Program-made: the position numbers and the translations under genes | In this document: positions 1 through 9,299 of the stretch, in pieces | Numbering within the stretch: the stretch's first letter is position 1 | How the letters are laid out: every line of letters begins with the position of its first letter | Notes under the pieces: generated by a model | Database searches by the model: none | Told to the model about the DNA's origin: nothing | The model's input: only the letters and a program-made list of their open reading frames with translations | NCBI GenBank assembly: GCA_965644495.1 | Contig: CBFFSA010000002.1 | Span: forward strand, 744,001-808,000 | From: Perkinsela sp. CCAP 1560/9 | Lineage: Eukaryota; Protista; Euglenozoa: Kinetoplastea | Length of the DNA: 64,000 bases | Direction: 5' to 3'

Positions 1-465
1 CTTCTAATCTAGAAGAACAGATAAGTCCTCAATTTTGAAAATTATCCCCCTTACTATAGTGCCGCGGAGTACCCCCCACTTACATACACTGCACTGTACA
101 TGTACTGCGACCCCCCTTTAGTAGAGACCTCTCCTCAGAGCCCCCCCTTTAGTAGAGACAAAAAATTGGGCGAAGAACTTTTCTTCTTATTTCCCATAAA
201 TAATTGTTTGTGAATAGTAAATGGATGTGGATAATACTTGGACTCCCCCTTTGGGCTATTTGCTCCTAGGCATCCTCTTATTTGCTCCTAGGCACAATGG
301 GGAACGAAGGATGAAGGTAGGAGAATGAATTAGGGCAGGAAGCCATATTATCCGTCCTTGCCGCCCTCTTCGATTGATATTGAGTTTTTGGCTATTATGC
401 GGTAAAAATGTGCCCTAATCTGATCCTACTTTTTGCGAAAATAAAAACTTTTCTCTTCTTTTTAC

Positions 466-2124
466 ATGACAAAAAGCTTTTCTATTATGTTCACGAGCTG
501 TCGTTTCATAATTTTAATTCTAGCCGCGACTCTTCAAGTGGGATGCAGTGCATCCAATGAGGACCGTCAAAAAAATACGGAGCTCATCTCAGCCCACTCT
601 CTGGAACCACCGTTTTTGGAGTCTTACTGGGACGGAGGGTTACACCACTGGGACTTTGGTGCCTCCACGGTTATCACAAACGAGGCTATCAGTCTAAGCG
701 GGGGATGGATTCGTAACGCACGACGGAAGGAAATGGCTGACTGGCGTTTTATCGTGCGTGTCACCCACAAAGGTAACCCCACAACCCCTCTTGTTCTGAC
801 CTACAGCACAATGAATGGGAATTACCCGTTCCTATGGCTAGAGGTATATCCACACGTGATTAAGGCGGGGGGGTTGAACGTCACGGCGGCCGAGGGAACG
901 TATCAGGGGCGGTCCCTTCCATCTGGAGAGATGGAGATTTCCGTGTCCTACGATTCACGCAAGAAAGGGACGCTTACGGTAACCACCGGGGAGGAGGAGA
1001 TCAAATGCCTGGAAACCCAGGCGCAGCTTGCCACAGGGTATCACTTTGGAGCCCAGGGCTCTCCGGATGCAGGTAAAGACAACCGGTGGTACCTCACAGG
1101 GTTCTACCTAACCACCTTACCTGGGCATTATTCTTATGAGCAGCTCAACCGTCACAGCATCGACGACATTCATGACTTTATCCGAGGACATGACGAACGG
1201 GAACGTAAACGCCATGCCCATCCTGAAGCAGAGAAATACAGCCAGGAGGATTTTGAGCGTCGGCAAAAACAATACGCGGAGGACGAAAAAAAGCGAGAAG
1301 AGGAACTCGCGCGGCGCAAGGAAGAGAGGATGAAGAAGGGAAAGGATCTCTACGACGACATGTATGACGGGGACGAATATGCAGATTATGACGACGGAGA
1401 TGAGGAAGGCAGTCAGGAGGAGGATCGCCGTTCACGGTACCGTCGTGACTTCGACGACGAGCGTCATGTCCGGCGACGGGACTATCGAGAGGAGTATGAC
1501 TATGGAGCACGTGTGGACCCCAAACGGAGCAAGGACCGCGAAGGACGACGGGAACGAAGACGACGGCACTCCGTGACTAATCCCACCGAGGCCCCAGAAT
1601 CCGCTCCTGCACGTCGAGTCAAAGAAGAGACCACACCCACTCCTGCAACCGGGGAGATCCCTCCCGTACCCCCCGCCCCTGCCCCGACGGCTCCAACTCC
1701 TCAGCCACCGACCGCCCCTCCCCCTCCCCCTGCCAACACCCCGGTTACACCCGTCCCCAGTACAGGAGTGCCCCCCAACACGGCCATGCCACAGGGCTAC
1801 GCACCCCCGATGGGCACTCCACCAATGTACAGTACGACTCCTCCACCTCCTCCACCCTCCCACCCCTACGGCTCCGTCCCTACGCAAGGGGGAGTACCTC
1901 CCCCGGGCGCGCCCCCACCCCCACCCCCACCGCAACAGCCCCAGCAGCCACCCCAGCAACCCTATGGATATCCCGGCCAAGGTTATCCCGTGAACCCCGC
2001 GGTGCCCCCTGGAGGGTACGGCCACCCCGCACCTCCGTATAACCCCAATATGCCGCCCACACAGCATCCAGGGACCCCATACACCCCGCCACCCCCTACC
2101 AGCCCTCCCCCCGTGACGTACTAG
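466..2124 (+). CDS. Secreted L-type (legume-like, VIP36/ERGIC-53-related) lectin-domain protein with charged middle and Pro-rich tail
   Basis: Hydrophobic N-terminal signal-like segment; motif AHSLEPPFLESYW...HWDFGASTVITNEAISL resembles the L-lectin N-terminus; no C-terminal TM helix; start may be 466 or 487. Confidence 0.65.
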   Translation: MTKSFSIMFTSCRFIILILAATLQVGCSASNEDRQKNTELISAHSLEPPFLESYWDGGLHHWDFGASTVITNEAISLSGGWIRNARRKEMADWRFIVRVTHKGNPTTPLVLTYSTMNGNYPFLWLEVYPHVIKAGGLNVTAAEGTYQGRSLPSGEMEISVSYDSRKKGTLTVTTGEEEIKCLETQAQLATGYHFGAQGSPDAGKDNRWYLTGFYLTTLPGHYSYEQLNRHSIDDIHDFIRGHDERERKRHAHPEAEKYSQEDFERRQKQYAEDEKKREEELARRKEERMKKGKDLYDDMYDGDEYADYDDGDEEGSQEEDRRSRYRRDFDDERHVRRRDYREEYDYGARVDPKRSKDREGRRERRRRHSVTNPTEAPESAPARRVKEETTPTPATGEIPPVPPAPAPTAPTPQPPTAPPPPPANTPVTPVPSTGVPPNTAMPQGYAPPMGTPPMYSTTPPPPPPSHPYGSVPTQGGVPPPGAPPPPPPPQQPQQPPQQPYGYPGQGYPVNPAVPPGGYGHPAPPYNPNMPPTQHPGTPYTPPPPTSPPPVTY

Positions 2125-2556
2125 CTGTACGCTGTGTACTAGCTGGCAAATGTTTTTATTGTCATTTTGAAAATATCTTTAAGGTGTGTATTCGTATTTT
2201 TAAACAACAAAACGTGTTGCTTAACTAAACATACCTTTGCGGGTATTATCAATGTTCTTAGTATGAGGTGTCATGTTTTTTACGACGTTTGCCGTTGTTT
2301 TTGTTCTGAATTAGATTGCTATTTTATGAAATAATAAAGTGAAGAGGTGAAAGGGAAGTACAGGATTGTACACATTCATCATGTACATTCAATGGTATGT
2401 GCATTGTTTTATGTAATTTACCTTGTCACACAGGTAGGTCTAGAATAAAGTTTTAAAAATTTTAAAGCGCAGGGTTAGACGTTAGAAGGTGTTTTCGCAT
2501 ATTCCGGTATATTGGATAAGCGTAAATTTACATTAGAGCTTATAACAGAACAACAC

Positions 2557-2952
2557 ATGCCACTGCAAGTTGAGTTATGTGGAGGTTGCGAGCTTGTCTT
2601 TGGGGGCAAGGGATTTATATCCTTAACGAATGACGAAGTGCAGTTATTACCTGATTCTTGCGTGTCTTCAAAACAAATGAATCTGCAAGAACCGGTTCAA
2701 AAAATCACCGTAGGTCATCTGATCGCATGGCTTACACAAGAGCGGCTTGAAGCCAAGAGAGATTTGTTTGCAGTTCCTCACGTTGAGGATTCGAAGACAA
2801 CGAGCAAAGTTCACTCGTACCCTTACACTGTTCGTCCCGGCATTCTTGTACTTCTTGACGATGTAGATTGGGAAATTGTAGGCGGGTTGGATGCCGAAAT
2901 CTCTCAAGGTGTAGGAAAAGTAACATTTATTTCCACGCTGCACGGAGGATGA
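2557..2952 (+). CDS. URM1: Ubiquitin-related modifier Urm1
   Basis: VELCGGCELVF, VRPGILVLLDDVDWE and C-terminal FISTLHGG are Urm1 hallmarks; first in-frame ATG at 2557. Confidence 0.93.
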   Translation: MPLQVELCGGCELVFGGKGFISLTNDEVQLLPDSCVSSKQMNLQEPVQKITVGHLIAWLTQERLEAKRDLFAVPHVEDSKTTSKVHSYPYTVRPGILVLLDDVDWEIVGGLDAEISQGVGKVTFISTLHGG

Positions 2953-3258
2953 ATATTTATGTCACAAGACACTCCACCTTATGTGACATAAGGTGGGGCT
3001 CTCATTGCTCATTGATACATCATTGTTTGTGGATAAGGAAAAGCAACGAATGCGTGTGAACAAACACAATGCAAATATTTTGACTGCAGAATGCATATCA
3101 CACTCGTGCACGGCGACTACACAATAATTACATGTAAGTCTAAATTTACATTTATGTTGTACTTATTTATGCTCACTTAGAAAAATTAGGGGGCGTAGAA
3201 ACACAAAAAATAGAAAACCTTTTTACACAAATTACCATAAATACGGAAAAATATTTTT

Positions 3259-4476
3259 ATGCTTAACCGATCCTTTCTTCCTCACATCACGGTTTTACCC
3301 TCGTTGAAGCCAAAGGGTGGTCTTTTCACATCAGCGCCCAGGTGGGTTGGTCAACACATTCGTGTACCCCGAAAAGATGTACCTAGTCTAACACCCAAAA
3401 AGATTCCGGAAAAGCGGGTTGTGATTATAGATGGCAGTAATCTACTTCATCGCTACGTGTATGCTACAGGCGATTTACGCAACGCACTTTCTCTCTTTGG
3501 TATCCTCCTTCTTAAATCGAGCACACTACATCCTCCCCACGAACAGTGCGTGACCAAAAAACTTACCGCAGGGAATAGGGAATCGGCAAAATTAAACAAA
3601 GTGGTGGTGACTTTAGACCAGGTGGGTCCTGCTCCATGGCGCTTGGGTATTCACAAAAAATACAAGTTTGAAAAGAAGCCCCGCAGCAAGAAACATAAAA
3701 GGCTCATCCAGCAAGCACAAGCGCTGGCTCGTGAAATGTGTCAAGCGTTGAAGATAAATGTTTTCCCTGAGAATGGCAAAAAACAGGCAGAGGGGGATGA
3801 TGTGATCTATACGGTACGTTCTCGACTGGGTCCAAAAGTACACGCCACCGTGTTCTCCACTGATAAGGATCTATTCCAAGTTTTTGCTCTGTTTCCTACA
3901 AGTCGAAACACGGCGCTCTATCGCCCTGGAGATCGCGAGTGGTTTGTAAATCGTTCCGAGGTGGAACGTGCATTCAACTGGCCGGTGGATCGATTGAACG
4001 AATGTCAAGCGCTCAAAGGAGATCCAACGGACAATCTCCCGAGATGCAGCAAGGAAGTACGTTCCGGGTCGCCTGAGCGTTATGTCATGGATAAGCGATT
4101 CCGTGATAACGTTCTTCTTTCCACTCTACATGAGGAATTTCCGCTATTCAAAAACGAGAGATTCTGCCCTGTTCCCGATTTTGTGCGAAAGGCAAGGAAG
4201 TCAAAAACCATTGACGAAAAGAACTTCTTACGAATTCTTATGCAACATGGAGCGCGTGGCAAACAGGACTCCATTTTCCGGCACCTTACCTATCCGTGTG
4301 TGAGCCCCGCTGTGCTTCGAAAGGTGAAAAAGCTCACCGATGTCGATTTGGTCCGTTATTGTCATTTACTTCGGACAGTACGAGGGGCAACGAGGCGCAC
4401 TCACGGCGCTCAAAATCGTACGAAAGATCTTCGTAAAAAGAAGTCCTTGGAAAAGAATATCCCAAAAACTCTATGA
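3259..4476 (+). CDS. Stand-alone 5'-3' exonuclease/flap endonuclease (Pol I N-terminal/PIN-H3TH type), probably mitochondrial and SSE-1-like
   Basis: Motifs IIDGSNLLHR, WR..IHKKYK, EGDDVI, STDKDLFQ, ALKGDPTDNLP; MLNRSF presequence-like start. Confidence 0.8.
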   Translation: MLNRSFLPHITVLPSLKPKGGLFTSAPRWVGQHIRVPRKDVPSLTPKKIPEKRVVIIDGSNLLHRYVYATGDLRNALSLFGILLLKSSTLHPPHEQCVTKKLTAGNRESAKLNKVVVTLDQVGPAPWRLGIHKKYKFEKKPRSKKHKRLIQQAQALAREMCQALKINVFPENGKKQAEGDDVIYTVRSRLGPKVHATVFSTDKDLFQVFALFPTSRNTALYRPGDREWFVNRSEVERAFNWPVDRLNECQALKGDPTDNLPRCSKEVRSGSPERYVMDKRFRDNVLLSTLHEEFPLFKNERFCPVPDFVRKARKSKTIDEKNFLRILMQHGARGKQDSIFRHLTYPCVSPAVLRKVKKLTDVDLVRYCHLLRTVRGATRRTHGAQNRTKDLRKKKSLEKNIPKTL

Positions 4477-4977
4477 AAGCAAGAAATCAAGTAACGCAAA
4501 CTAGGACCGTGGATGTCCTCTCATCAAGGGATGTCATACAAATCGTTTTATCCACGCCTCGATTCTTGAAACCATATCATACGCACCATTCTCCGTGAAT
4601 TGCACCAGATACGTGATTTATGTTCGGCTTCTTATCATTCTAAGTCGACAGATCTGATCCAAATAAAATGGATTTATGCCATCAAACCTGTTTTAGGTAA
4701 TCTTCACTCTTGATTCATTCTTTATTGTGTGGAGGTTCATAAAATCATATAAAGTAACGTTTTATTCTTCTGCTTGAACCCTAAAACCTCATCCACAGAA
4801 TTTTCTCAAAACCCTAATTTCACACTTCTTTCATTTCCTTTACCCCCCTTCTTCCCACCCCCCTCCTTCACCCCCACCCCCCTACCCCTACCCCACCTTC
4901 CTCTCCTCTCCCTCCACCCTTCCTCTCTTTCCTCCACCTCTTTCTCTTTCTCTCTCTCTCTCTCTCTCTCCCCTTCC

Positions 4978-6087
4978 ATGACCACCCGCCCCACCGTCCA
5001 CGTCTTCGACACCACCACGCCCCCCACCATCCTCGCCGCCGCCCCCACCCCCGCCGTCCTTTCCACCCCCCTCCGCGACGACCTCATCCGCTTCGTCCAC
5101 ACGAACGTCGCGAAGAACCGCCGCCAGGCCTACGGCGTCACCCGGCGCCAGGGCCACCGCACCACCGCCGCCTCCTGGGGCACCGGCCGCGCCGTCGCCC
5201 GCATCCCCCGCGCCGGGGGCGGCGGCACCAACCGCAGCGGCCAGGGCGCCCACGGCAACATGTGCCGCGGGGGCCACATGTTCGCCGCGACCAAGACCCT
5301 CCGCCGGTGGCACCGCCACGTCAACCGGGCCCAGCGCCGGCTCGCGGTGTGCAGCGCCCTCGCCGCCACCGCCGTCCCCGCGCTGGTCCTCTCCCGGGGG
5401 CACCGCGTCGAGGGGGTCCCGGAGCTCCCGCTGGTGGTCTCCGACGCGGTGGGGGGGCTGGGGAGGACGCGGGACGCGGTGGGGTTCCTCAGGGCCGTGG
5501 GGGCGTACCCCGATGTGGAGAAGGTGGAGGCGTCGCGGCACGTGCGGCCGACGAAGGGGAAGTGGCGAAACCGGCGGTATGTGGCGCGACGGGGGCCGCT
5601 GCTGGTGACGCATGCGAACGCGGGGGGGTGTAGGGGGTTTGGGAATATTCGAGGGGTGGAGGTGGCGAATGTGGAGAGTTTGAATTTGTTGCAGCTGGCG
5701 CCAGGGGGGCATTTGGGGCGGTTTGTGATTTGGACACAGAGTGCGTTTGCGCGGCTGAATGCGATTTACGGTACCCGGGAGACGGAGAGTGAGGTGAAGA
5801 AGGGGTGGAAGCTTCCGATGCCGTTGGTGACGGAGCGGGATATCCAGCGGGTGATGGAGAACGTGAAGATTCGTGAGGTACTGAAGCCGAAGAAGGAAGA
5901 GGTGAAGGCGGCAAAGAAGAAGGTGGCGCCCAAGAAGAGTCTGAAGGCGTTGAGTCCCTATGCCGGTGTTCGCCAACATAACCGCATGGTCGCAGAGCGT
6001 GCGCTGCGAAAGAGCAAGTTGGGGCGTCACCAGCGACGACGACATGAGGTGAAGGCAAAGCGAGACAAGAAAACCTCTGCGAAGTGA
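4978..6087 (+). CDS. RPL4: 60S ribosomal protein L4 (uL4)
   Basis: RPTVHVF, SWGTGRAVARIPR, GNMCRGGHMFA, LNLLQLAPGGHLGRFVIWT; ATG at 4978 after a pyrimidine tract. Confidence 0.98.
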   Translation: MTTRPTVHVFDTTTPPTILAAAPTPAVLSTPLRDDLIRFVHTNVAKNRRQAYGVTRRQGHRTTAASWGTGRAVARIPRAGGGGTNRSGQGAHGNMCRGGHMFAATKTLRRWHRHVNRAQRRLAVCSALAATAVPALVLSRGHRVEGVPELPLVVSDAVGGLGRTRDAVGFLRAVGAYPDVEKVEASRHVRPTKGKWRNRRYVARRGPLLVTHANAGGCRGFGNIRGVEVANVESLNLLQLAPGGHLGRFVIWTQSAFARLNAIYGTRETESEVKKGWKLPMPLVTERDIQRVMENVKIREVLKPKKEEVKAAKKKVAPKKSLKALSPYAGVRQHNRMVAERALRKSKLGRHQRRRHEVKAKRDKKTSAK

Positions 6088-6471
6088 GAAACGGTGGTGT
6101 GAAAGCTGAAAGGCTCAAAGTAGGAGAAGATGGTTATGAATTTTTTGAAATATTTTTTTTCGTGTGGAAACAATTCCTTTTTTCTGTCACATTTGAAACA
6201 TCATTCGATTCGCAGTTTTCTTGTTTAGACGTCTAATGTTTTCCCCCCCTCCCAATGTTATTTTTTAGTTATCTACAAATAATATCTGCAATAATGAGTG
6301 GCAAGGTTTTAGATACAACCAGATTTTATTCTAATGGTTTGTACAAGGTATGACAGCTATTTCTAAAAAACATGGCGAAATGTTTACGAACGGATTATAA
6401 TACGAGGTATGCCTCTCATATTCTTACCTACTCACGTAGATTATTTACTAGTATATAGTTCACAAAGCAGC

Positions 6472-6822
6472 ATGATTGTTCCTTTCAAATCTCTCCAAAA
6501 AGCCGCACAACAGGCTGTGAAATTATACTTCGCTACCCCGCATAGATCAAATCATGCCGAGCGCAAAGCTTTGATTAATGCAATTTCTGCTCTTTTTCTT
6601 CACAAGTATCCAAAAGGTCTCGATAACCGTTCTTCTAAGACAGGTCTAGATATGACTAAACCGCACAACGTAACGCTTCGAGATACCCTTCAAGCAAGGT
6701 TTCGTCATCAGACCATGATGAAAACATACAATGAAGAAAAGAAGCGTATTTCCTCTTTAAACAAACTTATGCAAGTTTGTAACCGTCGCTATGCAGAACA
6801 AGAGAAGCGCACCATTTTTTGA
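6472..6822 (+). CDS. Small basic hypothetical protein
   Basis: Open frame on the coding strand between AT-rich spacers; ATG at 6409 or 6472; no recognisable motif. Confidence 0.4.
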   Translation: MIVPFKSLQKAAQQAVKLYFATPHRSNHAERKALINAISALFLHKYPKGLDNRSSKTGLDMTKPHNVTLRDTLQARFRHQTMMKTYNEEKKRISSLNKLMQVCNRRYAEQEKRTIF

Positions 6823-7352
6823 AAACTGGCTTGCTTTTACCGTATGTGCGCACTGATGGAGATGTAACACTTGCTGATGAGTATAATTTTTTGTTTGCTT
6901 GCTTTTCACTTTATTTTCTTGCCTATCAATTGCATTAGTTGCAATAGTTCGTGGTATGAGTCTAAAAATTTTACACAGATTAATTTGATATTGTAAAATT
7001 TCGAGTGTGACTAACTTTCTCCATGCAATTTTATTCGTTACAATCAAAGCTTGTGATTTTGCTTTCCTCTGTTTTCCTTTTGAGTAAGGTGTGCCTGCTT
7101 TTTGTTGCTTCTGTCTTTTATCTTATACTTCTCTCATTCATGTTTTCATTTTTTTGTTGTGCGTACATGTCCTCTGAAACGAAAATTTTGTTTTTAAGAG
7201 AGAGATACTGTATATTTTGAAAGAGTCCTTTGCTTGTATACTTTTGAAAACAGGAAAATTATCTAGGTAGGTTTATCCCGTAAGATAAAGGTAAAATTTC
7301 GTGAGACCCGAACCTATTACGTAATTAGTCGTTGCTGTAGCTTTTACGTACA

Positions 7353-8825
7353 ATGTATTTTCGCTGTGTATTAGGAAGATCGGGAGGCTTTTCTACTTCA
7401 CTTTGTGGGGAATACGTGGATTCGATATCAAAGACGCGCGTGGAACAGAACGTTGATGGTTCTCAGCACAACGAACTCCATGTGCGTCAAAAAGTTGCTC
7501 GGACGATATTGCATCGTTCAATTCGAAAAGTATTGCGTCGAGACTCACGAAGGGCAAAACATACTTCGGATAAATCCAGTTCTTTTACTGAACCAACAGC
7601 AAATCTCAAAAATCGAGATTCTCAAAAAGAAAACCCAATGCCACCTACGCCCCACGTGTTACATTTCCAAGCGTCGCCTCCCATTTATGTTCCACTAAAC
7701 ATACAGTCCTTCCTTCAGCAATTTCCTTCTTCCGTCGAACACGAGTTGCGCAAGACCAATCTTGCTAACAACGCTTTCTCGTGGAATGTAAATGATACAA
7801 AAGTTTCTCCTTTAGGAGCAGACCCTGCAAAATTGATGAAAAACGAGTTGGGTACCATCTTACTCATAGATTATCCGAGTATAATGAAACGTTGGTTTTA
7901 TGCCTCGATTCACGTTGTCATGCTTCGAAAGCACCCTGCTGAATCATTTGTTTGTCGATTCACTTACTTATGTCTTGAAATATTGCGATCATACGCTATA
8001 CAGCTGCATATGCGTCGTGTGTACATTGTCATGGGCTCACTCGAAGGTGTGTTCAACGAAGGGCCATGGGCAACGCAGAACCGTCCGAAGCACACGTGCA
8101 ACGTTTCAGATCTTAGTTCGAAGGAAAGCGCGGAGAATTTCTCAAAAGGAACAAATCTGTGGAATGATAGAGGTAAAATACATGATATTTATCAAGAGTG
8201 TTATCATCTGGTTGAAAAGATCGCTTTCGTTTTTGGTTTTCACACAATTGGAGTCAAAGAAATGAAGGATTGTAGAAATCGGAAAGACGTGCTTTACTCA
8301 GCAATGCAGTGCGCAGTTCAGAATATGAAGGTTCACGTTGTGCTTGCCTCTTTCTCTCAAAGAGTTATGGCATGGCTCACCTCTTACAGCAACGAGGACT
8401 ATCCCTCATTGAACGTTTCTGTAGTACTATATGATCCAATTCATCGCTCTCTTTTTCGGACGTCGGATCTGGAGGAAGGATTTAATATTCCGTCGAATCG
8501 TCTAAAAGATTATCTGTTGCTTGAACGTTGTCCCTTCATTGGGAAAAACAGAGCTCTTGATTTCCTGGAAACAAACGTACAAGTAGACGCATCAGTCGTC
8601 GGTGAAGAAGTAATTGAAGCATTCAAAATTCCAATGATATTACCATATGTTTCAACATGGATGTTGCATAAATGGCATAAGCGAGCTGATCTGAGTTGCA
8701 CTTTTAATCGGTCTGTTTTCGACGTAATCTACGATGCGGCGGTCGTGACAGAAGGAAAATTGCACCTGTCTTCTTATTCTTTTCAAACATTTTTCAAAGC
8801 GGCTCGTAGCGCAGTTCACTTTTAA
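7353..8825 (+). CDS. Divergent, probably inactive 5'-3' exonuclease-fold protein (paralogue of 3259..4476)
   Basis: Collinear degenerate motifs LLIDYPSIMKRWFYA, RKDVLYS, LASFSQRVM, LYDP, GFNIPSNRLKDYLLL, PFIGKNRALDFLE (H3TH-like); MYFRCVLGRS presequence-like start. Confidence 0.55.
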   Translation: MYFRCVLGRSGGFSTSLCGEYVDSISKTRVEQNVDGSQHNELHVRQKVARTILHRSIRKVLRRDSRRAKHTSDKSSSFTEPTANLKNRDSQKENPMPPTPHVLHFQASPPIYVPLNIQSFLQQFPSSVEHELRKTNLANNAFSWNVNDTKVSPLGADPAKLMKNELGTILLIDYPSIMKRWFYASIHVVMLRKHPAESFVCRFTYLCLEILRSYAIQLHMRRVYIVMGSLEGVFNEGPWATQNRPKHTCNVSDLSSKESAENFSKGTNLWNDRGKIHDIYQECYHLVEKIAFVFGFHTIGVKEMKDCRNRKDVLYSAMQCAVQNMKVHVVLASFSQRVMAWLTSYSNEDYPSLNVSVVLYDPIHRSLFRTSDLEEGFNIPSNRLKDYLLLERCPFIGKNRALDFLETNVQVDASVVGEEVIEAFKIPMILPYVSTWMLHKWHKRADLSCTFNRSVFDVIYDAAVVTEGKLHLSSYSFQTFFKAARSAVHF

Positions 8826-9299
8826 AAGAACTTCTGATTAGCATGGGCAGTACATACAAAATTTGATTTATTATCGGAGTTTTCGGCGATCACACTCCTT
8901 GCATCAACTCGTTTTTAGTTTTCTTCGGTTGTAATGTTCTTTTAGTCTCTTGCACAATCTTTTTCTTGCTTATTTTTGTACTCTTAACCAAATTTTCATA
9001 TCTAATTCTGATAATTTATCTTGCATCGCCTCGGGGCGCTTTCTTAGTTGCTTTTCTTTGAGGAAGCCATAGGGGTGGATCATACATGTCTAGGCATATA
9101 TGACTTCATGTGAGCGTTCTCTATCAACCTTGAATCACGAATTATTTTTTCCTTTTTTAGAAACATTTTTCTTGTTATTTTCTACTAAGCGCAAGCCATC
9201 GGTCGTGAAACCAGAACCACGGCATACAGGAAAATTTCTTCGGCAACATCTTTCCCACACCCACCCTCACCACTCTCTCGTACTTCTCTTGTGGCGCAC

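Noticed and set aside
4888-6118. Long minus-strand and alternate-frame ORFs over RPL4 (similar shadows at 9405-10943, 1432-2067, 60395-61018 and 62294-63019)
   Set aside because: They are by-products of GC-rich, skewed coding DNA that has few stop codons; no motifs
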